A stretch of 64,000 bases of DNA, from the NCBI GenBank assembly GCA_965178125.1, contig OZ237771.1, positions 496,001 to 560,000 on the forward strand, read 5' to 3'. The position numbers and the translations under genes were made by a program. The stretch comes from Bilabrum cf. latius. Its lineage: Eukaryota. The notes beneath the pieces were generated by a model, which did not search any database, was not told the origin of the DNA, and saw only the letters and a program-made list of their open reading frames with translations. Positions 36,411-48,273 of the stretch are shown in pieces. Positions within the stretch are counted from its first letter, which is position 1. Each line of letters begins with the position of its first letter.

Positions 36411-39400
36411 ATGTCTAGTAAGCCACGGCGTATGAGCCTTAGGGTTCGCGGCAAAGAGCCCGCGATGGCACCGCCTTCTCCATCAAGGCTGGTGAGGCGG
36501 CATAGGTCAGTATCGCAGACCCCGCAACGAAATACGGCTGCATCCGCTAAGCGACGCCGAAACACTCGGAAGAGTGCGCGGCGAAAGTCAGCAGGAGTGA
36601 GCGGAAATGATTCAGATGAGGCGCTATCGGATACAGACAAGCCAGCTTCTCACGCCGCTCTTGCCGCCATGCGGGAGGGCGACGAGATGATGCGAAGGAG
36701 GAACGATGAATCCGACGAATCGAGTGACGAAGAAACAGATGCCCAGAAACGATCGCCCCCCGTGACACGGAGCGGTAAGGCAACTCGCAGGCAAAGCCGC
36801 ACGGGGCTTCGAACCGGCGATTCCAATGCCCCGCCGTCGACGGGCAGACGAAAGCGAGCAGCCAGTCGAGGTAGAGGCGCCTCTCGCAGTATTGCTCGCA
36901 CGTCTCGCCGGTTCCCATTCGCAGGGGAGGAGGACGGGCTGGCGAGTGATGCCGAGAAGGACGGGGATCAGGATCAAGAGGGGGATCAAGAAGACGAGGA
37001 GGAGGAGGATGAGGTGGGCGGGGCGAACTTGGACAGAGCCGCTGACCGTCTGCGGTCCGTGGCCAAGCAGGGTGTGCGAGCCATCCTGGGTGGGGGCGAG
37101 GAAGAAGAGGAGAAGGACGACGAAGAGGAGGAGGAAAAGCGGGAGGGGGAGGGGAGGGTGGGCCGTCGGCTGAGCCTGGGCGCGCTGGGGATGGGACGAT
37201 CCCCTGGGGGTGTGTCTGGGGGAACAATGAATGGAGGGGATCGCGATGAGGACGACGAGGACGGTGGGTTCGGCGGGGGCTTCGGGGATGCCGACATGGG
37301 CGGGATCGGGGGCGGATTCGAGGACGATGTCGATATCGGGCTGGATCACATAGAGGAAGAGGAGGAGGAGGAGGAGGAGGATGCAGAGAACAAGGAGGAG
37401 GAAAGCGATGGTGATTTCGAAGGGCATAGACATGAAGACGAAGACGGGTACACCGGCACTGACGGCGGCCTGTCCTCGTCCTCATCCTCGTCGTCCTCCT
37501 CAGGCGGACCGGGCACCCCGGAGTCCGGATCGTTTCCCGGCTCCGGATCTAGGGCGCGCATGGGTAGGCGTGGGTCTAGGGTCCGTGTGACGAGTCCCTT
37601 CCGCCAGCCGCTGGTGATCGACGAGGACCACGTGAAGCCGCACAGGAGCATGCTGCAGCGGCTGTGCCTGTGCTGCGGGCAGGCCACGTGCGGTGCCTGT
37701 GGGGGCGCGCTTCGGGAGTGCGGCGGCTCGCTGGCGGGGCTGCGGGGGAGGGACGCAGCGGATCGGCGGCGGAGGTGCGGCGCGTCGTGGGTGCTTCTGG
37801 CCGGGCTGGTGGGGCTCTTGTATGCCGGTCTGGTGCTGTGGCGGGGGGGCACTGTTGGGGGGGAGCTGAGGAGGGCGGGGCAGGCGGCGAGGGGATGGGT
37901 GGGGGTGGGGGGGTCATGGTGGGGAGGGGGTGCAGGAGGGAGCAGCGGAGGGGGAGAGCCCCCCGCATTGGGGGATCTGGAGGGTGATCTGCAGGGGGGG
38001 GATGAGGGGTCAACCGCCATTGGGACCAGCGGGGCCATGCGGCGGCTGGCAGCCCACCAGGAAGCGCTGAGAGAGTGGGTGGGTGCCCAGGTGAATGGGG
38101 CCCTGCAGGAGAACACCCAGCTCAAGGAACAGATCGAAGGCCTCAGGGAGCGAGTGGGCGGGCTTGCCACTGAGCTGGCAGGCGCCAGGGAACAAGCAGA
38201 GGGGGCCAGGGAACAAGCAGAGGGGGCCTCATCCCTGCGCCGCGAGGTGGACGTCCTCAGGAGGGAGCTCGAGGAGGCGCGCACAGAGGCGAAGGGAGCC
38301 AGGGAACAGGCAGAGCTGGCGAGCAGCGCCGGAAAAGAGGCTCTGCAGCTGGCCAAGGGGGCGCACGAGGCCGCTCGCAGTGCCAAAGAGGCGGCAGCGG
38401 CGGCGGCTGCAGCGGGCAGGGAGGGCGGCCAGGAGGGCGGCCAGGAGGGCCAGGGGTAGGGGGGGGCAGTGGATGCTGCGGAGGTGCAGGCCAGTGTGAC
38501 GGAGGCGGTGACTCGCGCTGAGTCAGCCGCGGGGCGGGCTGAGTCGGCAGCGAGTGCCGCCAGCGAGTCGGCCGCTCAGGCAGCCGAGCAAGCAGCAGCT
38601 GGATCCAAGGACAGGGGCAGGGACAGCGGTGCTCCACCGGGTGACCATGAGGCGGAGGGCGCACCGAGTCATGGTGTGACGAGTGAGCAGGTGGCCGAGG
38701 TGCTCGAGGCTGCGGCTGCTGCTGCGGAGAGTGCCCGCTTGGCGCAAGAGGTGGTGGCTCGCCTGGAGCCCCTGGGCGAGGCGGTGGACGGCAAGGCGGA
38801 GAAGGAGCAGGAGCAGGAGGAGGGGGCGCGGGTGGAAGGCCTCTCTGCCCTCGATCTGTGGCTGGAGCTTGCACCCGCCTCCCCGCAGCTGTGGGCCGCC
38901 GGGCTGCGGTCGGCAGGGCTGCTGGACCTATCCCAGGGCTCTGCGGGGGCAGCGCTGGCCAATCGGGAGGCGCTGGTGGAGGCGGGCGAGCGGGCGGGCT
39001 GGGGACTCGGAGCCGGAACGGGGGACGGGGAGGAGGCGGGCGGCGCATGGAATTAGACGGAGATGGGTGTGACGAGTGAGGGCGGTCGGCAGGGCGACTC
39101 GGATCATGCCCGGATCCGCGGTGAGGTGGCCAATGCGGCGCGGGCGGCGAGCGAGGGCGCAGCCGGGGAGGTGCTGCGGGAGGCTGAGGCGGCTGAGAAG
39201 GTGCAGCCCACGACGGTGCGGCAGGGTGTGTGCACTGCCATGGGCTGCATCCCGGAGGTGTTCCCCGTGTCGGCCAAGGGATGTGCCCCCGCGGTGAGGG
39301 AGGGAGCGGCGCGAGCCGCTGCAGCCGCCGCCGCCGCCGCCGCCGAAGCTGCCAAGGGCGGGGGCGGGGCTGAGCTTGCGCGGGCTGCGGAGGCGGCAGC

Positions 39401-40031
39401 AGCGGCCGCTCGAGAGGCTGCTTCTGCTGCGGCTGCCTGCACTCGGGGGCAAGAGTCCCTGCGGGGCGCGGCCAGGGAGGCGGCGCTGGCAACCGGTCCC
39501 GAAGCGGCGCTGCTGGGGCGGTCGGACGGCGGGCCTGCGGTGCCCGTGTGGTGCGGGGCAGCGGGTCCGGGGGGCGCGCTGGAGGTCGGTGTGAGGTTGG
39601 CGGGTGCATCGCATGGTGGTGTGCCGGGTCTGGCCGTGGTGCTGCCCGCCCCCATGGTGGGGTCGGGGGTCGAGTCGGGGGTCCCCTCGAGGCTCGAGCT
39701 GCTGGAGGGGCCCGGGGGGAGGGCGGTTGCAACCGCTAATGTGGAGGTGGGGCGTGTCGTAGGTGCTGCAGCGGTGCTGGTGAGGAGGGTGCAGGGAACG
39801 GAGGTGCATGGCGAGGCTGCGGCGGGTGCGGGCGGTGGCGAGGCGTGGCTGCGAGCGTGGGCGAGAGGAGGGGCAGGGGCGAGGGTGTGCCTCGGGCGGG
39901 TGTCGGTGCTGCAGGTGCGAGAAGAAGAGCAGGGGTCGGTCAGTGGTGAGGCATCAAGGGGCCCGATCGGAGTTGCGGTGCGTTCTTGGGCGGACGGAGC
40001 CGCAGTAGATGGAGAGGCTGAGGGTGCCTGA
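36411..40031 (+). CDS. Membrane-anchored coiled-coil protein with a possible divergent C-terminal SUN domain
   Basis: Three same-frame ORFs joined by TAGs at 38457 and 39054; ends in TGA. Basic/acidic N-terminus, one TM helix (WVLLAGLVGLLYAGLVLW), coiled coil, and a C-terminal beta-rich region ending VCLGRVSVLQ (compare SUN TCLYRxRVHG). The SUN call is inference. Confidence 0.65.
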
Positions 40032-40243
40032 GGTGGCGGCATTTGAGAGCTGGGCGGCGGCATGCGGTGTGTAACGGGACGCAATGTAGTTTGGCTGTTG
40101 CAATTATTACAGTTGAACATAAGTTTGCAGTCAGTTTGCGTGTGTGTGTTACTCGTCACATGGATCCCTCGATCGCGGCGATCCAAAACACGTGCATGCG
40201 ACCAGCAGAGCGCAATACAAGGTCACATCAAGGAAAATACTTC

Positions 40244-42253
40244 ATGAGGGCTGTTTCCAACCAATGTTCACGCAGATTAGGAACACAATCGGGCCGGAGA
40301 CTACGCTCTAGATTGCAGACTTTGGTCCAAGTTCCACGTCACCATAGAATACTTGCCGCTAAGTCATTCATGTCAGCATTAATGCAGCCGCGCAAGCAGG
40401 TCTATCTACAACGAATCGTAGTGTCCATGTCTCAGTCCGGGGTTTCCCTATATTTCTTTCTTGATTCGCAGCAGGCGTGAGGCAGGAGCAGCTGCAAGGC
40501 AAGGTGCGAGCACACGAGAAGCACTCGATGCTGAGGTTCCACCACCGAGCAGTCCAGTGTATGATGCGGATGCAGAGATGTGGCCGAGAACCTAGAAGCT
40601 TGCTGACGGGCTTTTGTCGGGGAACCGTTCGAGCTTGTCGAAGGCAATCACTTTGAGTGAGGCAAGCGAAAACCGCTCCAAAGCACATGAGAGTGAATGA
40701 GCCTATGAATCAAAGGACATATATTGTTTATATGTACGCATCCCATTTCATGAGCTGCCTTCGCAGTCGAAAGCAGCAGACCGGATCACAGGCGGCAGGC
40801 AGAGCTGCTGCTAGACGCCGTGCTCGCTCGCAGACGGGAGGGCGGGCACGGGGCGGGGGTGCAATCGGACCAGCGAACGTTCGTGGGATCCTCGATGGTC
40901 CCTGATCCGCTGCTAGACCCGGCTCTGTACCCGCCTCCTCCTCGAGCCCCCGCCTCGCTGCCCACGCTTCGAGTGGGCGTGGCCGGGCCCCCTGGTGCGG
41001 GCAAGAGCACGCTCATCGAGGCCCTTGGGATGTTCCTGGTGGCCTCTGGGCACAAGGTGGCGGTGCTGGCGGTGGATCCCTCTAGTTCCATGACGGGGGG
41101 CAGCATCCTGGGGGACAAGACGAGGATGGCAGAGCTGAGCAGACACCCGCGGGCCTTCGTGCGGCCCTCCCCCACGAGGGGGGCACTGGGGGGGGTGGCC
41201 GAGCACACGAACGATGTGGTGCTGCTGTGCGAGGGGGCGGGGCACGACGTGGTGCTGGTGGAGACCGTGGGGGTGGGCTAGTCGGAGGTGGCGGTGGATG
41301 GCGCGGTGGATTGCACGGTGCTGGTGCTGCCCCCAGGGGGGGGGGACGAGCTGCAGGGGGTCAAGAAGGGGATCATGGAGGTGGCGGACATTTGCGTGGT
41401 CAACAAGGCGGACGGAGATTTGGCCAGACCGGCGCGGCATGCGGCGGCCGAGGTGCGCCGTGCCCTGCAGCTGGTGCGCTGGAAGCACGGGATGGCCTGG
41501 CAGCCCCCGGTGCAGCGCGCCTCGGCTGCGGAGTGCAGGGGCATCCGGGGGTTGTGGCAGACCGTGCTGCGGCTGAGGGGGCAGTGCGAGGAGGGTTGCA
41601 GGGGGGCAGCGGCGGAGGGTGTGTGGCAGGAGTGGGAGGAGGGACAAAGGGAGTGGGCAAAGGGGATGCTGCAAGGAGCGAGGGAGGCGTGGGAGGAGAG
41701 GCAGGCAGCGGAACAGGGGCAAGGCCGTGGGAAGAGCTCCGCGGCATGGCTTGAGTCCAGGTGGAGGACCCACGGGGAGCTCATGAAAGTTCTCTAGAAG
41801 GATTTACCCCTCGGTGGGGAGGGCGAGGGCGAGGTCGATGGACAGGAGGGTGGGGGCGGGGGCGAGAAGCATCGGGGAGAGTCTGCTGCTAGGGACGAAA
41901 TCGAGGAGGAGAGGAAGAGGCATTTGACGAGGAGGCTGCAGGACCCCCATGCAAATTGGGAGTCGGAGGGTGGGCGCGGGGGGCCGGTGAAGGGGCTGCT
42001 TTCACAGCGGCGCGCACAGCAGGGGCTCCACTGGATGTGGGCGCAGGCCGAGGCTCAGCTGGTGGGGCTGCTGCGGGGGTGCGAGGGAGCGCGTGGGCGT
42101 GCCACCGAGCTGGCGGAGGGAGTGGGGGCGGGCCGCATGGCACCGCGGAGGGCGGGTCACGAAGTGGTGCGGGCTTTCTTGTGGCAGGAAGCATAGGAGG
42201 AGGACAGGGAGATGCAGACGCGTGCCCGTGGGGGGGGAGGTGGGAGGAGATGA
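40244..42253 (+). CDS. MMAA: Methylmalonic aciduria type A / MeaB-ArgK family GTPase (mitochondrial)
   Basis: [23 protein letters not shown] (intron about 40657-40767), [46 protein letters not shown] (TAG 41279-41281), [18 protein letters not shown] and VNKADG. Further TAGs at 41795 and 42194; ends in TGA 42251-42253. The start at 40244 (Arg/Ser-rich presequence-like) is tentative. Confidence 0.92.
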
Positions 42254-42384
42254 GGGGCGGTGGTGCGCGTGCTTGTTCCCGGCGAGCTTCTCAGCTCTCT
42301 TTCGTGAAACCATGGGAGGAGATGAGGGGCGGTGGTGCGCGTGCTTGTTCCCGGCGAGCTTCTCAGCTCTCTTTCGTGAAACCA
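42241..42384. repeat. Perfect 72-bp tandem duplication spanning the MMAA stop codon
   Basis: 42241-42312 is identical to 42313-42384. Confidence 0.92.
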
Positions 42385-42945
42385 TCGGATATGATATGCG
42401 GCGTACTATTCGTATCTAGCATTCACGAGAACGCCCCAGATCTCACTGGGGCCAAATCAATCCCCAGATTGTTCCAGACTTCCCCTGGAAGGTGCCCCTC
42501 CGATGCCTTGCATCAACCGCGATCTAAGCATTAGCTGCAGCACACAACCCTCGTCATGTTCAAACGGCTTGCGATATTGGCTCAACCTATTCGACTCTAT
42601 CGGGTCATTCAGACCAGTGCGGGCTAACTAGCATCCCAAGTATCGTCCCAAGCATGCCATCGGTGCCTCATCGGAGCCATGCTAGACCGGAGAGTTCATC
42701 ACACATGAGCCTGGTGTGTCAGATCACCCTCAAATGACCACTATACCGGCATACGCATCATATGCCAGTGGTAGTGGTTCTCGTTCAGGCCTCCTGTACC
42801 GCGGCTAGACTTGCAGCATTCGTCTCGCACCACCACGGCCTAGCAGCGGTAGTACTTTGACAATGAACATTCAATTCTTTTCTAGGGTGGGGAGACGCAT
42901 TTGTTCTACATCTTCCGAATCAAGTAGCAAAGATCGCTAGAAGAT

Positions 42946-43200
42946 TCAGTCGCCCTTTGCTGCAGCCTTGGCACCAGTAATGCTCAGCACGTACTATCTA
43001 GCAAATTTAACTGGATCGTCAGGCTTTTCCCTTAGGATTGCGGCAACGAGATCTTGCATAAGGCGACCTGCGTCAGGATGGGATCGCATGTAGGCCTCAG
43101 CCTCCTACCTTGCTGCTTCCACAGCATCAATTTGCTATGGCTCGCTCGACGAAGCAGCAACTGCCTATTCAGCTGGTGCTTTTGATCCAGAGGCTGCCAT
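42946..43200 (-). CDS. RIIa / Dpy-30-type dimerisation-docking domain protein (RIIAD1-like), 84 aa
   Basis: Absent from the ORF track. MAASGSKAPAE*AVAASSSEP*QIDAVEAAR*EAEAYMRSHPDAGRLMQDLVAAILREKPDDPVKFAR*YVLSITGAKAAAKGD then TGA, with four in-frame TAGs. The Y..SHP...L..DL...IL.EKPDDP..FA..Y pattern is typical of RIIa domains. Confidence 0.85.
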
Positions 43201-43296
43201 GACGAGCCGCCACGAGAAAGACAGGTGACAATGGTCGCGCGATCAACGGATCAACAAAGTACACTATACATTCAAATGAAATAAGATTTTGTATGC

Positions 43297-46200
43297 GTGC
43301 TCGCCTCCATTTTCTTTTGGAGTTGGACCGCCGAAGGGCGCTCCTCTCTTCTTGAAAATCCTTTAGACATCTTCAGTATTGACGGGAGTTTGTCATCGCA
43401 ACCAGCACAGTGCCCCTCACGGAGTACGAGTGCGAAAGGCAACGCTTCTGGCAGAGTCGCAAGCTGGCACTATTGCGAGACAGTCAAGGAAATGGATCAT
43501 ACCAAGGGTAAACAAGCTATAGATAGTATGCATGATAGAGCACGGTCAGTGTATGACAAGCTCAAGGGTCAGGAGGGCGGGAGGGGAAGCGACAGGTGCC
43601 TACTCGTTGCGTTTGCGTGGGACCTGGTCGCTGATTGGATTGTGCGTGCAAGCCTTGCAACCGTGAGCGCTACTGCCCCACAGTTGCCACTAGAAAGCAT
43701 GATACAACTACCCGAGGGGACTGGTGGCCTTGAGTCGGTTGCGGGTGTTGCTTAGCAGATGGGACTAGACGTTGTGCTTAACGGCGCGGACCCTGAGCAG
43801 AGCGCTGGGGCGAGCGGGAACGGAGTCAAGGCATGCCTCTGCGATCTGTGTGTGATCTTACTCTCCAGCAAATGGAAAGCTGGTGGAACACCTGAGACTA
43901 GCAGCAGCGCCCACCAGCGCGTGCTGACACGCCCGGACCTGCTTGCAACTGTCTACAGGTCCGGTGCAAAGTCTGGTAGAGGCCCGACCAGTGCGGAAGC
44001 TTTACCAACTAATGATACACAGCGGTATAATGCACTCGCGCTTCGCTGGGCCCTGCGTCAAGCCTGTGAATCCAGTGCGGCCGTTGATCATGCGCCGCAC
44101 CCGGAACACTATTCACCCGACTGGGATGATGGCCTGCATTTGACCAGAAATGTGCTGCCGGATATGTGCACCCTCGCGGGACTGATGGCAGGCCCCGATG
44201 CTCCCAGCTGGGTCCACACGCATTGCCCCTCTGCCGCCCTCCGCGCTGCCATGGGTGCCGTGCGAGACACGGCCCGCTCGCTTGTGCGGGCCGTGCTGCG
44301 GCCCTCGAGGCACAGACCGGGGACCAACCCGGGGGAATTCGTGGTGATGCACCCAGTGCTGCGGTTCTTGCGACTGCAGTGGCACGTCGCAGCGGGCTCC
44401 GTCCCGGCTGCGGGGCACGCCCCCCCCGGGTCGGGGGCTCCCGCGGCAGGAAGCGGCCCTGCACACGCCCTGCCGCTGCGCTACACGCACAGCTCCGTGG
44501 CCCGGCGCGGCCTCGCGTTCACGCTGCTGAGCCACCTCGCGTACGATGGGGTGCGGGAGGCTCCTTCTGCCATGGTGGTGGAGCGGGCGCTGCTGTCGCT
44601 GAGAGACTTCGAGACGGGGGCGCAGCAGCTGGCGGGGGCGGCGAGGGACCTGGCCGGGGTGGGGGTGGGCGCGGTGGCAGGGAGTGGGAGTGGTGCAGGC
44701 AGTGGGCACGGAGGAGATGGGTGGTATGGGGGCAAGAGGGGGAGGGCGCTCCCCCTGCCTCGCCATGCGGTGTACCGACGGGCAGTGGCCGTCAGGCAGC
44801 TGCTCACTGAGGCAGACTCTGCGCTTAAGGGAGCTGCAGGGGGAGGGGAGGTCGGGGGCATTGCACGTGCGGGGGCAGGGGGCCGCCGACGGTCTAGTGG
44901 CGGGGCCAGGACTAGGGGCGCGCGCGGGAAGGGCAGGGGCAAGGGCAAGGCGCCCAAGCCAGAGGGGCCGCAGGGTGGTGGACCGAAAGGAGCCACCCAA
45001 GGTGCATTGAACTGTGATGCTGGAAAGGGCGGCCAGTCCTCCGGTGGTGCTGATGCCAAGCCCGGCCCTCTGGGAGGCGGAGCGGCGGCAGAGCTCTCCA
45101 GTCGACTGGCCCAGGTGGCGCATGCCCATGAATAGAGAGGGATCCTCCAAGTGCTAGAGCAGCCGTTTCATGTCATGGCTGCTGGGGACGGGGGGGCGGT
45201 GCTGCGCTCGCAGGCCCGTGGGCTCGAGGACGGGTCCATCGGCTTCGGGGCCGGGCTCGACGCGGCCACATTGCTGGTGCTTTCTGCTGTGCTCGTGCGG
45301 GAGCTCGGGTCGCAGGGCAAGCAGGCACCCGGCAAGGGCAAGCATGGGAGCAGCTCTGGAGCCAACGCGAGCTCCGGGGCGCGGGACCGAGGCAGGCGAA
45401 GCAAGCCTGCGGGATAGGGGCAGGAAACACACGGAGAGCAAGCGAAGGGCGGGCGGCGCTCGCGGCGAAGCAAGCCGAGGGCCAGGGACCGGGATAGGGG
45501 CAGGGACGCTGCAGGATCGAAGGGCTGTGAAACTGATGGCCGTGCGGCAGGCGGCAGGCAGCAGACCGCAACTTGGCGCTTGGAGCGCTCGTTCCTGCTC
45601 GAGGTCCTGCTCATGGGTCCCTTGGAGCCGTGGGCACCTGGAACTGGAGCCGTCACCACCGGCGGAATGCCGCGGGTAGGCCCTGGCTCTCTCTCTGCTG
45701 CTCTTCATGCTTCCCATCTGTCGAGGCTGGTATCGCTGCTGTGGCCCTTGTCCCGAGGCCAGACTCCCATGACCATGGAGGCTCTGTTGAGTATCGCGCG
45801 GGACAAGAGCAAGAGCACTCCCGTGGGCAGATCGCCGGGCCAGGGGGCATGGCGCGCGGGCGGTCCTTGCGGCTCTGGTGGCGAGGCACTGCCAGTGGCA
45901 GAAACGGCAAGACCTCTGCCTGGGGCACAGGCTGGCGCTCACAGCAATGGTGGCACGTGGCGCATGCTCCGGCAACGGCTGCAGGAAGGCGAGGCCATGC
46001 TTGGTGCAGGCTCTGCCGTGCAGGGGCGAGTGCGGGAGATCGTGGCCGCCATGTCTGGGGCCCTGCGTGCAGGGGATGACACTGGGATCGTGGCTGCTGC
46101 TGTAGACACTATTCTTTGTCAGCGACTGGAGCTTGTAAGGGAGCCGCAAGTACCTGAAATACCGGCAGGTAGCTTTGCGAGCCTCCTTGGTGCACATGCA

Positions 46201-47757
46201 GGGCTCATGGAGCCTTCTCGTCTGCTTGACCTTTTCATGGCTGACTGGATCCAGATGACTCCCACGGTGAGTCTGAGGAAAAAACCATCAGGCGAGGTTG
46301 CAGGTACAGGTGGCTCTAAGAGTCAGGTGGGGTAGGTACCGGTCACCAAGCAAGCCGAGGAACCGCCCGTCCGGTAGCGACAGCAGGCTGGCGCACAGGT
46401 TGGCCATGCTGGCGCTCAGCCAGGACAGAATCTGCCACACTCCAGGGGGGTGCAGGGCTCCTCACAGGGACTAGCACATCGTGAGGCGGGCTCAGGCACT
46501 GCCTCTGCCGGATTTGCTCCCGAACAGGCCTCGGTACCTGGTACTGACAGGGAGGCATCAGTACGCGCTATGCGCCGCGCTCAAGGGCTGTCTCTACGGC
46601 AGGCTGTAGAGCAAAGTGCAGATTCGACAGGGTTTGGCCCAGCGCTAGCGACTGACTCTACCGTGTTCTCCAGCGAACTCGCGGGGGCCCTCCCCAGCAC
46701 GACCTCCGGGAGCATCCTGGGCAAGTATCCGTACGAGGCAGACGAGCAGGGCGCACAGCAACCGCATGGCAGTAGTGGTGGAGCAGTAAGCTACGGCTGG
46801 CAGAGTCGCGCGCCTTCCCGTCTCGGGGAGCCATCGGCCCGCTGGCCACCGGTCGCTGGCGGGAGCTTGCCGCCCGCGGCAGGTCTGCATGCCCCTCGTG
46901 CTGGCCTTGAACTCGGCAGGCAGGGGGCAGGAACCAGCGAGCTGAAGTATACGGGTTTGGGCTAGGGTTCGGGCTTCGGGTGGCAGGGGTCCCAAGCCAG
47001 GATCCAGCCCGGTGTGTAGTCCTTGCCCGTTCCAAATTCTCCGTTGCTCCCCCGAGCGACCGGGACCATGGTCCTTCCCCCGCCCGGACTGGGGCAGGGG
47101 CAAACAGGCGCGGGCTCCGGCTAGATCGCCGGAAGCATGTCATTGCCTGTGCCACACGCGGGCGCGGGGCCATTCCCGATGGGAGGAGAGGGAACACGCC
47201 CCCAGGTACTAGGAGGGACAGGAACAGGAACAGGAACAGGAATAGGGGCAGGCGGCGGAGTAAGTCGGCCGCAGGGAGAGCACACTTCGATGGATTTCGC
47301 TATATTCCAGGCTGACTAGTCATTGACCGGGCGTGTTGCAGCGACTAAGCACGCCGGCATGCATGCATCTGCACCTGCACCTGCGCCTGCGCCTGCACCT
47401 GCGCCTGCACCTGCGCCTGCATCTGCACCTGTCGGGCTTGGGCTCGGGCTGCCTGTGGGCCCTGCTCACGGCCCTTGTCATGCAGCCTTTCTAATGCCGC
47501 AGCAACCGCTGCAGCAAGCCGACTGGAGGCAGATGTACGGTGGGCAGAGTCAGGTCACCACGGAGCAGATATCGGGTGCATCGACCAGCAGCGCCCCCAC
47601 AGCAGGCAATATGGAGGCTGCTGGTGCTGCTGGTGCTGCTGATTCCAGTACCGGTGCTGGTGCTTGTGCTGATCAACCACCTGGCGCCGCAGGGGCCACG
47701 CACAATTCTATGTTCGGCCTCGGTATGGAAGGCCCATCAGCTGACTGGTTACAGTGA
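43297..47757 (+). CDS. Large hypothetical protein (~1,450 aa with TAG=Gln)
   Basis: Seven track ORFs in frame +1 are separated only by TAGs; the first TGA is at 47755-47757. The true start is uncertain and there may be an upstream exon. Confidence 0.7.
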
Positions 47758-48273
47758 TTTTGTTGCTTTTGGGTGAGCTTCCTCCGCGGACGCAAATTCA
47801 ACCTGGACCATCCCAGGATGCGGTAAGGTGTACATTTGAAAATATACCAGTCTCGTTGAAACCTGAACAAGGAATCGCACGCGTACAGCAGTAGCTGCCT
47901 TTGGTCTGGCTACTACTTGCATACGTTTTATTCCGATATATTGTGAGCAACACCGTGATCGAATCTCCGCGCTTGCTCGTTAGCCTGTGTCCTGTACTTC
48001 CAATCGATGCCTGGAAATAGTTCTTGCCGGCGTGTTTCCCTGTTTGTCACTGGTATCGCGGTACTGGGTGGGCACACGTCCTTCTGTGCATGTATCTTGC
48101 AAGCATCAGCTTTGCATCGTCTGCAGGGGGCAATGTTCGGTCACGGCAAGCCTCAACCAGCATGAAGCAAGTCAAGTTGTTGCTTCTCTACAGTTCCACA
48201 AGTATATCAATGGCACAAAATGCGAATTCCTTATTTTAAACGCAGTACGGATTCCGTTTTGTCTCTTGCAGGG

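Noticed and set aside
42390-42940. Possible hidden gene between MMAA and the RIIa gene
   Set aside because: The frames I read hit TAA or TGA even with TAG read-through, and no motif was recognised.
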